Of a DNA stretch of 64,000 nt, positions 55,013-64,000 are shown piece after piece. Source of the stretch: an uncultured candidate division Zixibacteria bacterium (GTDB lineage Bacteria > Zixibacteria > MSB-5A5 > GN15 > FEB-12); assembly GCA_963664195.1 (NCBI GenBank), contig OY760907.1, positions 3,424,001-3,488,000 on the forward strand. The letters are read 5' to 3'. Every line of letters begins with the position of its first letter. The stretch's first letter is position 1. The position numbers were made by a program, and so were the translations under genes. The notes beneath the pieces are model-generated. The model saw only the letters and a program-made list of their open reading frames with translations, did no database searches and had not been told where the DNA came from.

Positions 55013-55576
55013 ATGACCATTACGAAAGACAAAAGCCCGGCATCGTACGAAGAACAGACAACGATAATTCGACCGCCGTTGCCCGGCGTCGAATCACCTA
55101 CTATTCCCGACGACGGAGAACTCACACGCAAGAGCATTCTGCCGAAACTTGATGCTCTTGCCGAAGAGGCTGGCTACTCGCCCGACGGTGACAGGGACCT
55201 AGCGATTCGTCGCATCCAAACGAATATAGAAACCACCGTTCTTCCCTTGCTCACTCGATTGGAAACCGAAAACAACGAACGTAAGCGCCAAATCATCTCT
55301 CTCATACGCCAGAACCTCACGGATATTATGTCTCCCTTCCTGCAGAACCTCAGATTGATCAGCATCCGCCTCACACCCCGCGAGACGCAGGTATGCTCGA
55401 TGGTCCGCCAGGGCTTGAGTTGCAAAGAGATAGCCGCCCTACTCCATGTCTCAGAGCAGACCGTGCTCAAGTTCCGCAAGAACATACGCAAGAAACTGGG
55501 CATCGCCGGAGAGAAGGTGAACCTGAGCAGCTACCTGTCAGAATTATCTCTCTACGAGTCTGTCAGCGGCCCGTGA
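55013..55576 (+). CDS. LuxR-family HTH transcriptional regulator
   Basis: LTPRETQV..MVRQGLSCKEIAALLHVSEQTV..FRKNIRKKLG. Confidence 0.88.
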   Translation: MTITKDKSPASYEEQTTIIRPPLPGVESPTIPDDGELTRKSILPKLDALAEEAGYSPDGDRDLAIRRIQTNIETTVLPLLTRLETENNERKRQIISLIRQNLTDIMSPFLQNLRLISIRLTPRETQVCSMVRQGLSCKEIAALLHVSEQTVLKFRKNIRKKLGIAGEKVNLSSYLSELSLYESVSGP

Positions 55577-55584
55577 GAGCACAC

Positions 55585-55620
55585 AAAAAACGAGGAACAG
55601 CCCGATGAGCTGTTCCTCGT
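55585..55620. terminator. Terminator between convergent genes
   Basis: ACGAGGAACAGC/GCTGTTCCTCGT 12-bp stem. Confidence 0.8.
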
Positions 55621-55644
55621 ATGTCTCGCACACCAACGGCTAGA

Positions 55645-56973
55645 TCACACGCCGCTGAAGTGAATGTCCTTGAAAAAGAGCGTCGGGCGACGATTCGATG
55701 AATGCATATACGGATCGTTGCCAACCTCCGCCAGATGGTCCCAGAACTCGGTCTGGTTGGCGGAGATGTTCATTTCGTTAACCGGTTTGATGATCTTGCC
55801 GTCCTCGATGTACAGTCCGACAATACCGTAAGAGAAGTCACCGGTGGTGCCGTTGGAGTTGCCTCCGACGAAACTGGTAATCAAAATCCCTTTTGCGATA
55901 TCCCTAATCATCTCCTCCTGCGACCGGTCACCGTAGGCGTAGATCGTGTTGGTGCCGCCGCCTATGGTCGGTTCCATCTTCAGCTTGCGGCCGTAGTAGT
56001 TGCCGATGTAATACGATTTCAGCACGCCCTTGTCGATCATCACGCGCTTTTTGGTCGCCATGCAGTCGCCATCGTACAAAGCAGAGCCCAAGCCTCCGAC
56101 AATGAACGGATCGTCAATGATCGACAGCTTGTCCGAGACGATTTTCTCGCCGAGTTTGCCTTCGAGGAAAGTACTCTTCTGATACAACGAACTGCCGGAC
56201 ATACATCCGGTAAGAGCACCGATCAGGTTGGTGGAACAGCGGTTGTCGACCAGCATGTCGTACGTGCCGGTATCCATTTTCGACGCGCCGTACTTCTTTG
56301 CGGCCCGTTGAACGGCACCCCTTGCGAGCGCTTCCGCAGGCGGGAGGTCTTTGTGGAATCTGGCGGAATACCAGTCCCAATCCTGGAGACGGGAGTCACC
56401 TGTACCCTTCAGCGTAGCCTGTGCGCCTGCACCGAAGACGGTCGACTCTTGGTGGCCTTCGAAACCGTTGCTCTGCACGTCGACCGACTGCGAGAGCGTA
56501 TCGGAATACCATGCCGTGTAGCTCACCAGCCGATCCTTTCCCGCCTCGGCGGCACCAATCGCTTCGATCTCTTTGGCCAGGTTCACCCGCTGATCGGAGC
56601 TAACGCGCTCATAGGCAGCATCTCGGAGCCTGAGATCAACGCTCTTCTGCCCCTCGTAACGGGCCGGGTCCGGCAGCACACGGAATTTATCCTCGCCGAG
56701 GTACAGCGTCATTGCCACGGCTTCTTCGATAAACTTGCCGAGAGAACTCTTGCGCAAATCGCAAGTCGAATGCGTTGAGTAGCGCCCTTTTGCATATATC
56801 GACAGCCCCATCCCGTTCTCCGTCGCTTCCGTCAGCTTGTCTACTTTGCCGTCACGGAACTCAACGTCGACCGTTCGGGAGTTGCCGATACTGACGGAGG
56901 CATCATTGGCCCCGTATTTTCTTGCCTGTTCCACGATCCAGTGAGCCAGGTCCAGTTTTTCTCTTGTATTCAT
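55645..56973 (-). CDS. pmbA: TldE/PmbA family protein
   Basis: FL.GKLGEKI....LSIIDDP, GN.NGTTGDFS.G..G..IE.G; no HExxH motif. Confidence 0.88.
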   Translation of the reverse strand: MNTREKLDLAHWIVEQARKYGANDASVSIGNSRTVDVEFRDGKVDKLTEATENGMGLSIYAKGRYSTHSTCDLRKSSLGKFIEEAVAMTLYLGEDKFRVLPDPARYEGQKSVDLRLRDAAYERVSSDQRVNLAKEIEAIGAAEAGKDRLVSYTAWYSDTLSQSVDVQSNGFEGHQESTVFGAGAQATLKGTGDSRLQDWDWYSARFHKDLPPAEALARGAVQRAAKKYGASKMDTGTYDMLVDNRCSTNLIGALTGCMSGSSLYQKSTFLEGKLGEKIVSDKLSIIDDPFIVGGLGSALYDGDCMATKKRVMIDKGVLKSYYIGNYYGRKLKMEPTIGGGTNTIYAYGDRSQEEMIRDIAKGILITSFVGGNSNGTTGDFSYGIVGLYIEDGKIIKPVNEMNISANQTEFWDHLAEVGNDPYMHSSNRRPTLFFKDIHFSGV

Positions 56974-57013
56974 AATTCCAATCCTGTTTCCGTTATCATG
57001 TTCACCGCACTCT

Positions 57014-58555
57014 TCAGGACACGCCGCCAACGGTTATTGCGGACGCCTTCACAGTCGGCAATCCCAGAGAGACCGGCACCGACTGTCCGTCCTTGCCGCA
57101 GTTCCAGCCGCCTCGAGACAGCTGGAAGTCATCGGCTACCATCGTGACGTTTTCGAGAACTCTCGGGCCGTTTCCGATGAGGTTAATATCCTTCACCGGC
57201 GCCGTCAGCTTGCCGTCTTCAATCAGATAGCCCAGCTTGACATAAAACGTGAAGTCGCCCTGCCCTATGAGCACTTGGCCGTTGGTAAACACCTCGGCGT
57301 AGACGCCTTTCTTGACGGACTGGATAATCTCCTCACGGGTGTGGGGTCCGGGGAGCATGTACGTGTTGCGCATACGCGGAAGCGGCGAGAAACGGAAGGA
57401 TTCGCGACGACCGTTCCCCGTAGGCTTCACGCCGTAATGCTTGGCGCTGATGCGGTCGTGCATATAGCTTCGGAGGACACCGTTCTCGATCAGCACCGTG
57501 TTCTGGGAGTCGTTCCCCTCATCGTCCACGTTGATCGAACCACGCACGTTTTCGTTCTGGCCGTTGTCGACGATTGTCACGAAGTCCTCAGCCACCTTCT
57601 GGTTCATCTTGTCAGTGTAAATCGACGTTCCTTTTCGGTTGGCATCGGCTTCCAGACCGTGGCCAATCGCCTCGTGAAGGAGAATGCCGGAGCTTCCGGC
57701 CGCCAGCACCACTGGCATCTCGCCGCCTTGCGGTTTGATAGCCTCAAAGCCAACCAGCGTCCTTCGCACCGTCTCCTGTGCCACGTAATCGATCTGCTCC
57801 GGAGTGTAGAACTCAAGTCCATCACGGGCGCTGATATCAGCATGACCCTGTTCACGCTGACCGTTCTTCTCGATCGTCGTGATCGCAATAAGCCGTGTGA
57901 GCGGCTGGTAATCGGCTGTCACCCGCCCTTCGGAGTTGGCACACATGATATAGGACGTATCGTTAAGCATGACCACGATAGTCTTGATAATCGATGGGTC
58001 AAGAGCCTTGATTTTGGCATTCAGCTTCTGGAGAATCGGTATCTTCTGATCGATTCCCACATCCTCCCAGGGTGTTGTAATCTTGTAGTAATTGGGCGCT
58101 TCGTGGAAATTCAGATTCTGCGGCGGAACAGACTTGGTACCGGAAGCGATATTTGCGGCCGTCTTGGCGGCAAGCTTCATGGCTTCGGGTGTCACTTCCT
58201 CGGTGAAAGAGAACCCGGTCTGATCACCCTTGAGCACGCGGATACCGACACCAAAATTGACTTGTCCGACCGCCTTGGATACGACATCGTCCTCAAGTTT
58301 CGCCTGGTTGTAAAGATTGTGTTGAAAGAACAGATCACAGTAATCGCCGCCTTTTTCCATTGCTGCGGCCATTACCTGCCTGATAATACTTTCGTTAACA
58401 CCGAAGTGTTCGTAGTAATCTGTCACAGTGTTTGTTCCCTCTCCGGGAGTAGCGAACGCCGCCGTGGGGTCAAACTGGAAAGCCAGCGGTACTGCCGCCA
58501 GCGCCAGACCCTGGGCGCTCCTTTTCACAAATTCTCTTCGGCTTATTTCGGCCAT
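57014..58555 (-). CDS. tldD: TldD metalloprotease with N-terminal Tat signal
   Basis: GVGIRV, LLHEAIGHGLE, DDEG, GNGRRESF...PLPRMRNT, CGKDGQ; N-terminus SRREFVK...AFA. Confidence 0.92.
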   Translation of the reverse strand: MAEISRREFVKRSAQGLALAAVPLAFQFDPTAAFATPGEGTNTVTDYYEHFGVNESIIRQVMAAAMEKGGDYCDLFFQHNLYNQAKLEDDVVSKAVGQVNFGVGIRVLKGDQTGFSFTEEVTPEAMKLAAKTAANIASGTKSVPPQNLNFHEAPNYYKITTPWEDVGIDQKIPILQKLNAKIKALDPSIIKTIVVMLNDTSYIMCANSEGRVTADYQPLTRLIAITTIEKNGQREQGHADISARDGLEFYTPEQIDYVAQETVRRTLVGFEAIKPQGGEMPVVLAAGSSGILLHEAIGHGLEADANRKGTSIYTDKMNQKVAEDFVTIVDNGQNENVRGSINVDDEGNDSQNTVLIENGVLRSYMHDRISAKHYGVKPTGNGRRESFRFSPLPRMRNTYMLPGPHTREEIIQSVKKGVYAEVFTNGQVLIGQGDFTFYVKLGYLIEDGKLTAPVKDINLIGNGPRVLENVTMVADDFQLSRGGWNCGKDGQSVPVSLGLPTVKASAITVGGVS

Positions 58556-58676
58556 TTTCAGGTCCTCCGTGCGAAGTATATGTTTGTCTTTGAGTGATTG
58601 CACACAAAACCCTATTCAGGGGATAGTATTAACGACGTGACTCACACGGAAAAAGTTTAGTAAAATCTTCCCGATA

Positions 58677-59792
58677 TCACTCAATCACTTCACGTTGGCC
58701 CGATGCGAATACGCGATAAAAACGACCGTCTTCCCAGAGTAGACCCTGCCACAACGACTTGTCATCCTCAGGAATATCTATCGCATACACACGCCCGTCG
58801 TAGAGACTCTCCACACGGTCCACCCCTGTGTGACCGACCACCACAGATTCTGTGCCAAAATGAGCAAGAATATCGATCAAGTCCTGCTGTGTGGCTCTGG
58901 GGTACCTGTCCGACTCGTCGAAGTATCCCCGATACCAGAAAGGGCCAGAACTGCCGTAGAAGTACTGCACGTCCTCGTTGAACGCCTTTGCATAGGAGCG
59001 ATCATCAAGATGCGCGCGTGCGGTTTCGTTAATATCACGAATGGTAAGACCGCGTTCCACTGCACCGGGTTCTATTCCGCCGTGCACAAAGAGAATACCG
59101 TTTATCTTTACGGCCACATGCTTAGTACGCAGCCATCGGCCAAGTTCCATGTCCGGCCCGTAGAGATCCATCTCATATATGCGACTCTTGCGTGCAATGC
59201 CCTTGAGGTATTTGTCGTTCACATAGCGAACGTCGCCGCGAAGCACCATCAGTTCATGATTCCCCAGCGTCAGATGTACTCGCCCCCCGGCTTTCACGGC
59301 CTGCTGCTCAAGTCCGTAGATCAACCAGAGGATTTCGTTGACAAACTCACCACGGTCAAAAACATCGCCGTTCACGACCAGATGGCCGTCGCCCCAGATC
59401 CAGTTGAGGTCGCTGTCTATCACGGCGCCCCCTTGAAGTGTCGCTACAAACATATCGTACAGACCATGAGGATCGCTCACGGCAAAAATGCGTGAGACTC
59501 CCTCGTACTCATCCGGCTGAATCACGGGAGGAACGACCGGGATCGCGTAGTCAACACTCGAATCAGTACAAAAGCCCTGGAAGCGAATCGTGTCAATGGC
59601 AGCCAGTACATGCTTCTGCAGTGTGTCAGCACAGAGGTAGAACACCAGCGCCTCGGTAGGCGATTGCCAGTAAACGTAGGGTCCGTCGTTGATTGGAGGT
59701 GCGGTGGCAGTCGAGTCTTCGCTCCCGGCCCATGCGAAACCAGCAGCAAACAGCCATGAAACGGCGATGTAGAGTGAGGCCTTCTTGATCAT
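58677..59792 (-). CDS. Secreted metallophosphoesterase (Shewanella-like phosphatase family)
   Basis: Signal peptide; SDPHG, GDVFDRG, GNHE, FVHGG, GPFWYRG, VVGHT. Confidence 0.88.
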   Translation of the reverse strand: MIKKASLYIAVSWLFAAGFAWAGSEDSTATAPPINDGPYVYWQSPTEALVFYLCADTLQKHVLAAIDTIRFQGFCTDSSVDYAIPVVPPVIQPDEYEGVSRIFAVSDPHGLYDMFVATLQGGAVIDSDLNWIWGDGHLVVNGDVFDRGEFVNEILWLIYGLEQQAVKAGGRVHLTLGNHELMVLRGDVRYVNDKYLKGIARKSRIYEMDLYGPDMELGRWLRTKHVAVKINGILFVHGGIEPGAVERGLTIRDINETARAHLDDRSYAKAFNEDVQYFYGSSGPFWYRGYFDESDRYPRATQQDLIDILAHFGTESVVVGHTGVDRVESLYDGRVYAIDIPEDDKSLWQGLLWEDGRFYRVFASGQREVIE

Positions 59793-60001
59793 GAATGTGG
59801 GTTCTCCTTTGGTAAGCGTTACAAACACCGAGTCAGCAAGGTAAGTTCTGCGGTCGACTCCCGCAACAAGATCATTGACATTGATCGAAAGCGTCGCGCC
59901 TATCTCGTTATACCGAGAATACTTAGCACCTGAAACTTACCGCCCGACCCTCCGTATAGGCGGTTATAGGGTATCTCAAGAGGAAAACCGGAGGCTGACA
60001 A

Positions 60002-60583
60002 ATGAAAACAGTCGCAATGCTTTTGCTGACCGCGGCATTGACGTGTTCGCCGCTGCTGGCAGGCGAAAGAACTTCGTATCACTCTGATCGGCACTTTGAC
60101 TTCGATCAAAGCCACCTGTCAGATGTTGATCTCGATATTGACCGTGACGGCACTATCATCATCGAAGCCAAACATCGCAAACGCCAGGAAGTCGAGATCA
60201 CGAAGGAATTCGAGCTGTTCATCAACGGCGATCAGATCACGCTCGACGAGGACCAACGGAAGCTCGTTGAGGAGTATTATCTTCTGATGACAGACTTGAT
60301 CGATCAGGCCAAGGCCATCGGTCTGGAGGGTGCCAAAGTCGGCGTTGAGGGGGCCAAACTCGGACTCACTGCGGTCGGAAAACTCTTCAAGCTGCTTTCG
60401 CCCCGGTACGACACCGATGACTACGAGCGAGAAATAGAGGACGCAGCGGAAAGGCTTGAGATGAAGGCTGAGAAGCTCGAAGAAAAGGCCGAAATCATAG
60501 AAGATATCGCCGACGACCTCGATGATCTGGCCCACGAAATGCGCCGCGAGATCCCCGAGATTCGTAAGCTGCGCTGGTTCTAG
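60002..60583 (+). CDS. Secreted YggN/DUF2884-like protein
   Basis: Signal peptide; LFING..I.L...QR.L..EY followed by a long helical region; GGAGG RBS. Confidence 0.6.
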   Translation: MKTVAMLLLTAALTCSPLLAGERTSYHSDRHFDFDQSHLSDVDLDIDRDGTIIIEAKHRKRQEVEITKEFELFINGDQITLDEDQRKLVEEYYLLMTDLIDQAKAIGLEGAKVGVEGAKLGLTAVGKLFKLLSPRYDTDDYEREIEDAAERLEMKAEKLEEKAEIIEDIADDLDDLAHEMRREIPEIRKLRWF

Positions 60584-60656
60584 GGACCGAATAACCGTCG
60601 GAAAAGCAGCCGCCCCTTAACGGGGGCGTCCCTCACAGCTCCTCACCGAGGGTATG

Positions 60657-60684
60657 AAAGGGTGGACAATTGTCCGCCCTTTTT
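60657..60684 (+). terminator. Terminator hairpin
   Basis: AAAGGGTGGAC/GTCCGCCCTTT stem plus T-tract. Confidence 0.7.
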
Positions 60685-60708
60685 CTATTTTCACATTTCT
60701 CCGTTCAA

Positions 60709-60722
60709 TTGACCTACATCAA
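60709..60722 (+). promoter_or_regulatory. Crp/Fnr-family (HcpR/DNR-type) binding site
   Basis: TTGAC-CTAC-ATCAA, centred about -41.5 if TATCTT (60745-60750) is the -10. Confidence 0.7.
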
Positions 60723-60787
60723 ACCTCCGCCGTCATTCGCCGCCTATCTTCTTGCCGATAACGGAACGTTACAAAAAAGGACAAGAT

Positions 60788-62470
60788 ATGTTTTGCTACC
60801 AATGTGAACAGTCAGCCAGAGGCATCGGATGCACCACCCTCGGACAATGCGGCAAAGACCCCGAAACCGCCGCTCTACAGGACTTGCTCGTTCACGCCGC
60901 GAAAGGCATCTCCATGTATGCCCATCGCGCCCGACAGTTGAAAGCTGTTGACCATGAGATAGATATGTTCGTCACCGAAGCACTTTTTACCACTGTCACC
61001 AATGTCAATTTCGACCCCGACCGACTTAAATCGAATATCAGGAAAGCAGCGGTTGTGCGCGAAAAAGCAAAAAGCATTTACACAAACGCCGCAGTGGCCG
61101 CCGGCCAAACCCCGGAAAAACTCTCCGGCCCGGCGACATGGGCCATTCTCGAAGCCGTCGAATCACCGATGACCTCTGCATTTGAGATAGCCGTGGAGAA
61201 ACGCCGCGAGAGACTCGGGGATGACATAACATCTTTGATCGAACTCATCACGTACGGACTGAAAGGCATGGCCGCCTACGCCGACCACGCTTCTATTCTT
61301 GGACAAGAGGATGACACCGTATTTGCCTTCTTCCACGAATCCCTGGATCTGCTCACCAATCCAAAGCAGGAGATCGGTGCCCTTGTTGGCCATGCGCTAA
61401 AATGCGGCGAAGTCAACATTCGTGTCATGGAAATGCTCGACGCGGGCAACACTGGGACCTACGGTCACCCGGAACCAACTTCCGTAAGAACAACCGGCGT
61501 GAAGGGCAAGGCGATTTTGGTCTCAGGCCATGAGTTGAGTGATCTCGAAGCCCTCCTAAAACAGACCGAAGGCAAGAACATCAATATCTACACTCACGGC
61601 GAGATGCTCCCTGCCAACGCCTATCCGGAATTGAAGAAACACGCCCACCTTAAGGGCAATTGGGGTGGTGCCTGGCAGGATCAGCAGAAGGAGTTCGAGG
61701 CTTTCCCGGGCGCGGTATTAATGACCACGAACTGCATCCAGAAGCCGCGCGAGTCCTACAACAAACGCATCTTCACGTCCGGTCTGGTTGCCTGGCCGGG
61801 CGTTACGCACGTATCCAAAAAGGACTTCGGGCCGATCATCGAGTCCGCTCTGTCTGCCGATGGTTTCGCCGAAGACGAGCCGCAGCACAACATCACCATC
61901 GGCTATGCGCACAATGCTGTCCTCGGCGTTGCCGACAAGGTGATTGCGGCCGTCAAGGGTGGCGACATCAAGCACTTTTATCTGATAGGTGGTTGTGACG
62001 GCGCTCGTTCCGGCCGCAACTACTACACTGAATTCGCCGAGGCCGTCCCGAAGGACAGCGTCATTCTCACGCTCGCGTGCGGCAAGTTCCGTTTCAACAA
62101 ACTGGAGTTTAGTGATATCGGTGGCATCCCGAGACTGCTCGATGTCGGCCAGTGCAACGACGCCTATTCCGCGGTGAAGATCGCACAGGCGCTTGCAAGC
62201 GCGTTCAATACTGACATCAACGGTCTGCCGTTGTCGTTCATTCTCTCCTGGTACGAACAGAAGGCCGTCTGCATTCTGTTGAGCCTGCTTCATCTTGGGG
62301 TAAAAGACATTCGCCTTGGACCAACCATGCCGGCGTTCATCACACCGGCCGTGCTAAAGGTCCTCGTGGACAATTTCAACATCATGCCCACAACAACCGT
62401 CGAGAAAGACCTCGGCGGAATCCTCGGCACGAACTCCAAGGCGGGGACCCAACGAACCGTGCGGTTATAG
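60788..62470 (+). CDS. hcp: Hybrid cluster protein (hydroxylamine/NO reductase), class I
   Basis: MFCYQCEQ with Cx2Cx8Cx5C; SGH, YTHGEMLP, TTNC, GGCDG, LACGK, GQCND, SWYEQKA. Confidence 0.96.
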   Translation: MFCYQCEQSARGIGCTTLGQCGKDPETAALQDLLVHAAKGISMYAHRARQLKAVDHEIDMFVTEALFTTVTNVNFDPDRLKSNIRKAAVVREKAKSIYTNAAVAAGQTPEKLSGPATWAILEAVESPMTSAFEIAVEKRRERLGDDITSLIELITYGLKGMAAYADHASILGQEDDTVFAFFHESLDLLTNPKQEIGALVGHALKCGEVNIRVMEMLDAGNTGTYGHPEPTSVRTTGVKGKAILVSGHELSDLEALLKQTEGKNINIYTHGEMLPANAYPELKKHAHLKGNWGGAWQDQQKEFEAFPGAVLMTTNCIQKPRESYNKRIFTSGLVAWPGVTHVSKKDFGPIIESALSADGFAEDEPQHNITIGYAHNAVLGVADKVIAAVKGGDIKHFYLIGGCDGARSGRNYYTEFAEAVPKDSVILTLACGKFRFNKLEFSDIGGIPRLLDVGQCNDAYSAVKIAQALASAFNTDINGLPLSFILSWYEQKAVCILLSLLHLGVKDIRLGPTMPAFITPAVLKVLVDNFNIMPTTTVEKDLGGILGTNSKAGTQRTVRL

Positions 62471-62506
62471 CCCGTACTGTGCGAAAAGTGAACAGTTGCC
62501 ATTGGC

Positions 62507-62537
62507 ATTTTCCGGCGCACACTCTGCGCCGGAAAAT
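62507..62537 (+). terminator. Terminator after hcp
   Basis: ATTTTCCGGCGCA/TGCGCCGGAAAAT inverted repeat. Confidence 0.7.
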
Positions 62538-62715
62538 CGGTTCTCTCCGACGTCTGGGGTATAAAACGGGGTCACCCTTGTCTATTACTGTGACAGCTTT
62601 CGACAGAGCGTGCGATGAAACAGTTTCATCACGAAAAAACATCGCTCAAAAACCGGACGCCCGCCACAAACTTCTTGCTTTTCTGACAACAATCGACATA
62701 TTGGTTTCATAACCG

Positions 62716-62820
62716 GCTTGTTTATCTTAGCGGTCGGGTGTGCTCTTTGCCCCCCCCTCTACGCCGACCGCAACAAGCAGGGCACAACAGAAAGGCTCCC
62801 GTTTACGGGGGCCTTTGTGT
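62716..62820 (+). ncRNA. Candidate small RNA or attenuator with C8 loop and its own terminator
   Basis: GCTTGTT..GCGGTCGG/CCGACCGC-AACAAGC long hairpin, loop TGCTCTTTGCCCCCCCCTC, then AAAGGCTCCCG-TTTA-CGGGGGCCTTT. Confidence 0.45.
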
Positions 62821-63064
62821 GTTTAGAGAACCACCATGGAGTCCCCTGCACACGACAACTCCACCTCCGTCAACGAAGACAAGCCCGTCCTCAAAGACGA
62901 TATCACGGTACATGATAGTTATTGACAACTTGCGTCTCGTTTGTTTTCTTTTACTTGGGCAACTGATTCTGCCGTCATCTTTCGGGTCTTCACCGTCAGT
63001 CGTCATCCACTGTATTCCAAGGTCGCAACTACTAACGAACGGCGTTACCGCCAGAGGACCAATT

Positions 63065-64000
63065 ATGAGAAAACTAGCTGCCGCCTGTGTCTTTGTGTTT
63101 GCCGTGATCCTGGCCATCGTATGGTTAACACCGGAGAAAGAGAGAGCACCCTGGGATCTCACCAAAAACCAAATCGCCTATTACAACTTGAAACGAAGCG
63201 GAAAACCTCCCAAACTGAAACGTCGCCCGAACCAGGAGTTCTACGAACAGCGCGCGTATCCCTACGATGAAATCCCCAAGGAACAGTACCTGGAGGCTCT
63301 GGATGAAGGCCAGGACGCCCGCGCGGCCCTCAACAGCAAGAGAGCCGTCACCTGGGAATCGGTAGGACCCACCAATATTCCGGGACGTATTACCGACATT
63401 GCTTCTCACCCGGTCGAGTTCAGCACGGTGTACGCCGGAGCGGCGGCCGGGGGCGTTTTCAAATCCAACGACAAAGGCATATCGTGGACAGCGATTTTCG
63501 ACGATGTCGGCACCTATTCCATCGGGGCCATCGCCATAGATCCTAACGACCGCAACACGATCTATGTCGGGACGGGTGAACCGTCGGCGGCAATTGACGA
63601 CTACGAAGGCAACGGCGTGTACAAGAGCATCGATGCCGGTGACAACTGGACGTACGTCGGTCTGGACAGCACGGCACTGATCGGGCGCATTGTCATCGAC
63701 CCCCTCCATCCTGATACGGTCTATGTGGCAGCGCTGGGAAAGGTCCTTGGTAGCAACCGTAGTGCGCAGCGCGGCGTGTATCGTTCTGAAAACGGCGGCA
63801 TTTCGTGGGACAGAATTCTGTTTGTCGACAGTGGTGCCGGCTGTGTTGACATAGCATTGCACCCCTCCACCGGAACCGTATTCGCCGCCATTTGGGATGT
63901 GTACGAGGGGCCGTTGAGTGCTCTTTGGCGCTCATCAGACCATGGCGACACCTGGGAGATGCTCTCCGGCAACGGTGGGGGACTTCCGGCACCTGCCAAT
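63065..64000 (+). CDS. BNR/Asp-box (VPS10/GH74-like) beta-propeller protein, 3'-truncated by window edge; absent from the ORF track
   Basis: MRKLAAACVFVFAVILAIVW...WESVGPTNIPGRITDIA...GGVFKSNDKGISW...YVGTGE...GVYKSIDAGDNW; open to the window end. Confidence 0.88.
   Translation, partial: MRKLAAACVFVFAVILAIVWLTPEKERAPWDLTKNQIAYYNLKRSGKPPKLKRRPNQEFYEQRAYPYDEIPKEQYLEALDEGQDARAALNSKRAVTWESVGPTNIPGRITDIASHPVEFSTVYAGAAAGGVFKSNDKGISWTAIFDDVGTYSIGAIAIDPNDRNTIYVGTGEPSAAIDDYEGNGVYKSIDAGDNWTYVGLDSTALIGRIVIDPLHPDTVYVAALGKVLGSNRSAQRGVYRSENGGISWDRILFVDSGAGCVDIALHPSTGTVFAAIWDVYEGPLSALWRSSDHGDTWEMLSGNGGGLPAPAN

Noticed and set aside
57275..58597. Long antisense or alternate-frame ORFs (also 55702-56778, 26375-27508, 9073-10059, 2360-3109, 63125-63862)
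   Set aside because: They are shadows of well-supported genes, expected from codon bias in GC-rich DNA, and show no motifs.
62836..62925. 29-aa ORF MESPAHDNST... after the candidate sRNA
   Set aside because: Weak RBS and no homology cue; it cannot be supported.

Overview
Bacterial chromosome segment (GC-rich, probably from an anaerobe). Four secreted proteins share a 76-aa Cys-flanked dockerin-like tail, a pattern suggestive of candidate division Zixibacteria (FCB group); this assignment is inference only. In order, the window contains: secreted surface proteins (dockerin-tailed proteins, an FN3-repeat protein with a FlgD/T9SS-like tail, a gingipain-like C25 protease); a minus-strand signalling cluster (two histidine kinases, an Npt1-like transporter with HEAT repeats, a cNMP-fold protein, a receiver protein); a GldA/GldF-GldG/DUF4340-like ABC system; ccmC-ccmD; a PPi-type pfk followed by an intact IS256 with 8-bp target duplication; a 3.9-kb integrase-less islet at tRNA-Thr(CGT); lexA and an EF-G paralogue; several lipoproteins; a complete minus-strand rRNA operon; tRNA-His; Tat-signal TldD plus PmbA; and hcp with an FNR-type box. 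Most notable: (i) a SAM methyltransferase gene inside the 16S-23S spacer between tRNA-Ile and tRNA-Ala; (ii) two tandem HesB-like selenoprotein genes hidden by in-frame TGA codons, each with a SECIS-like hairpin; (iii) a tRNA-His with no encoded G-1, A73 and G1-U72; (iv) the conserved dockerin tag on non-carbohydrate-active cargo; (v) two promoter-proximal structured RNAs with C-rich loops. No CRISPR array was seen. All family assignments come from motif recognition by eye, not from database searches.
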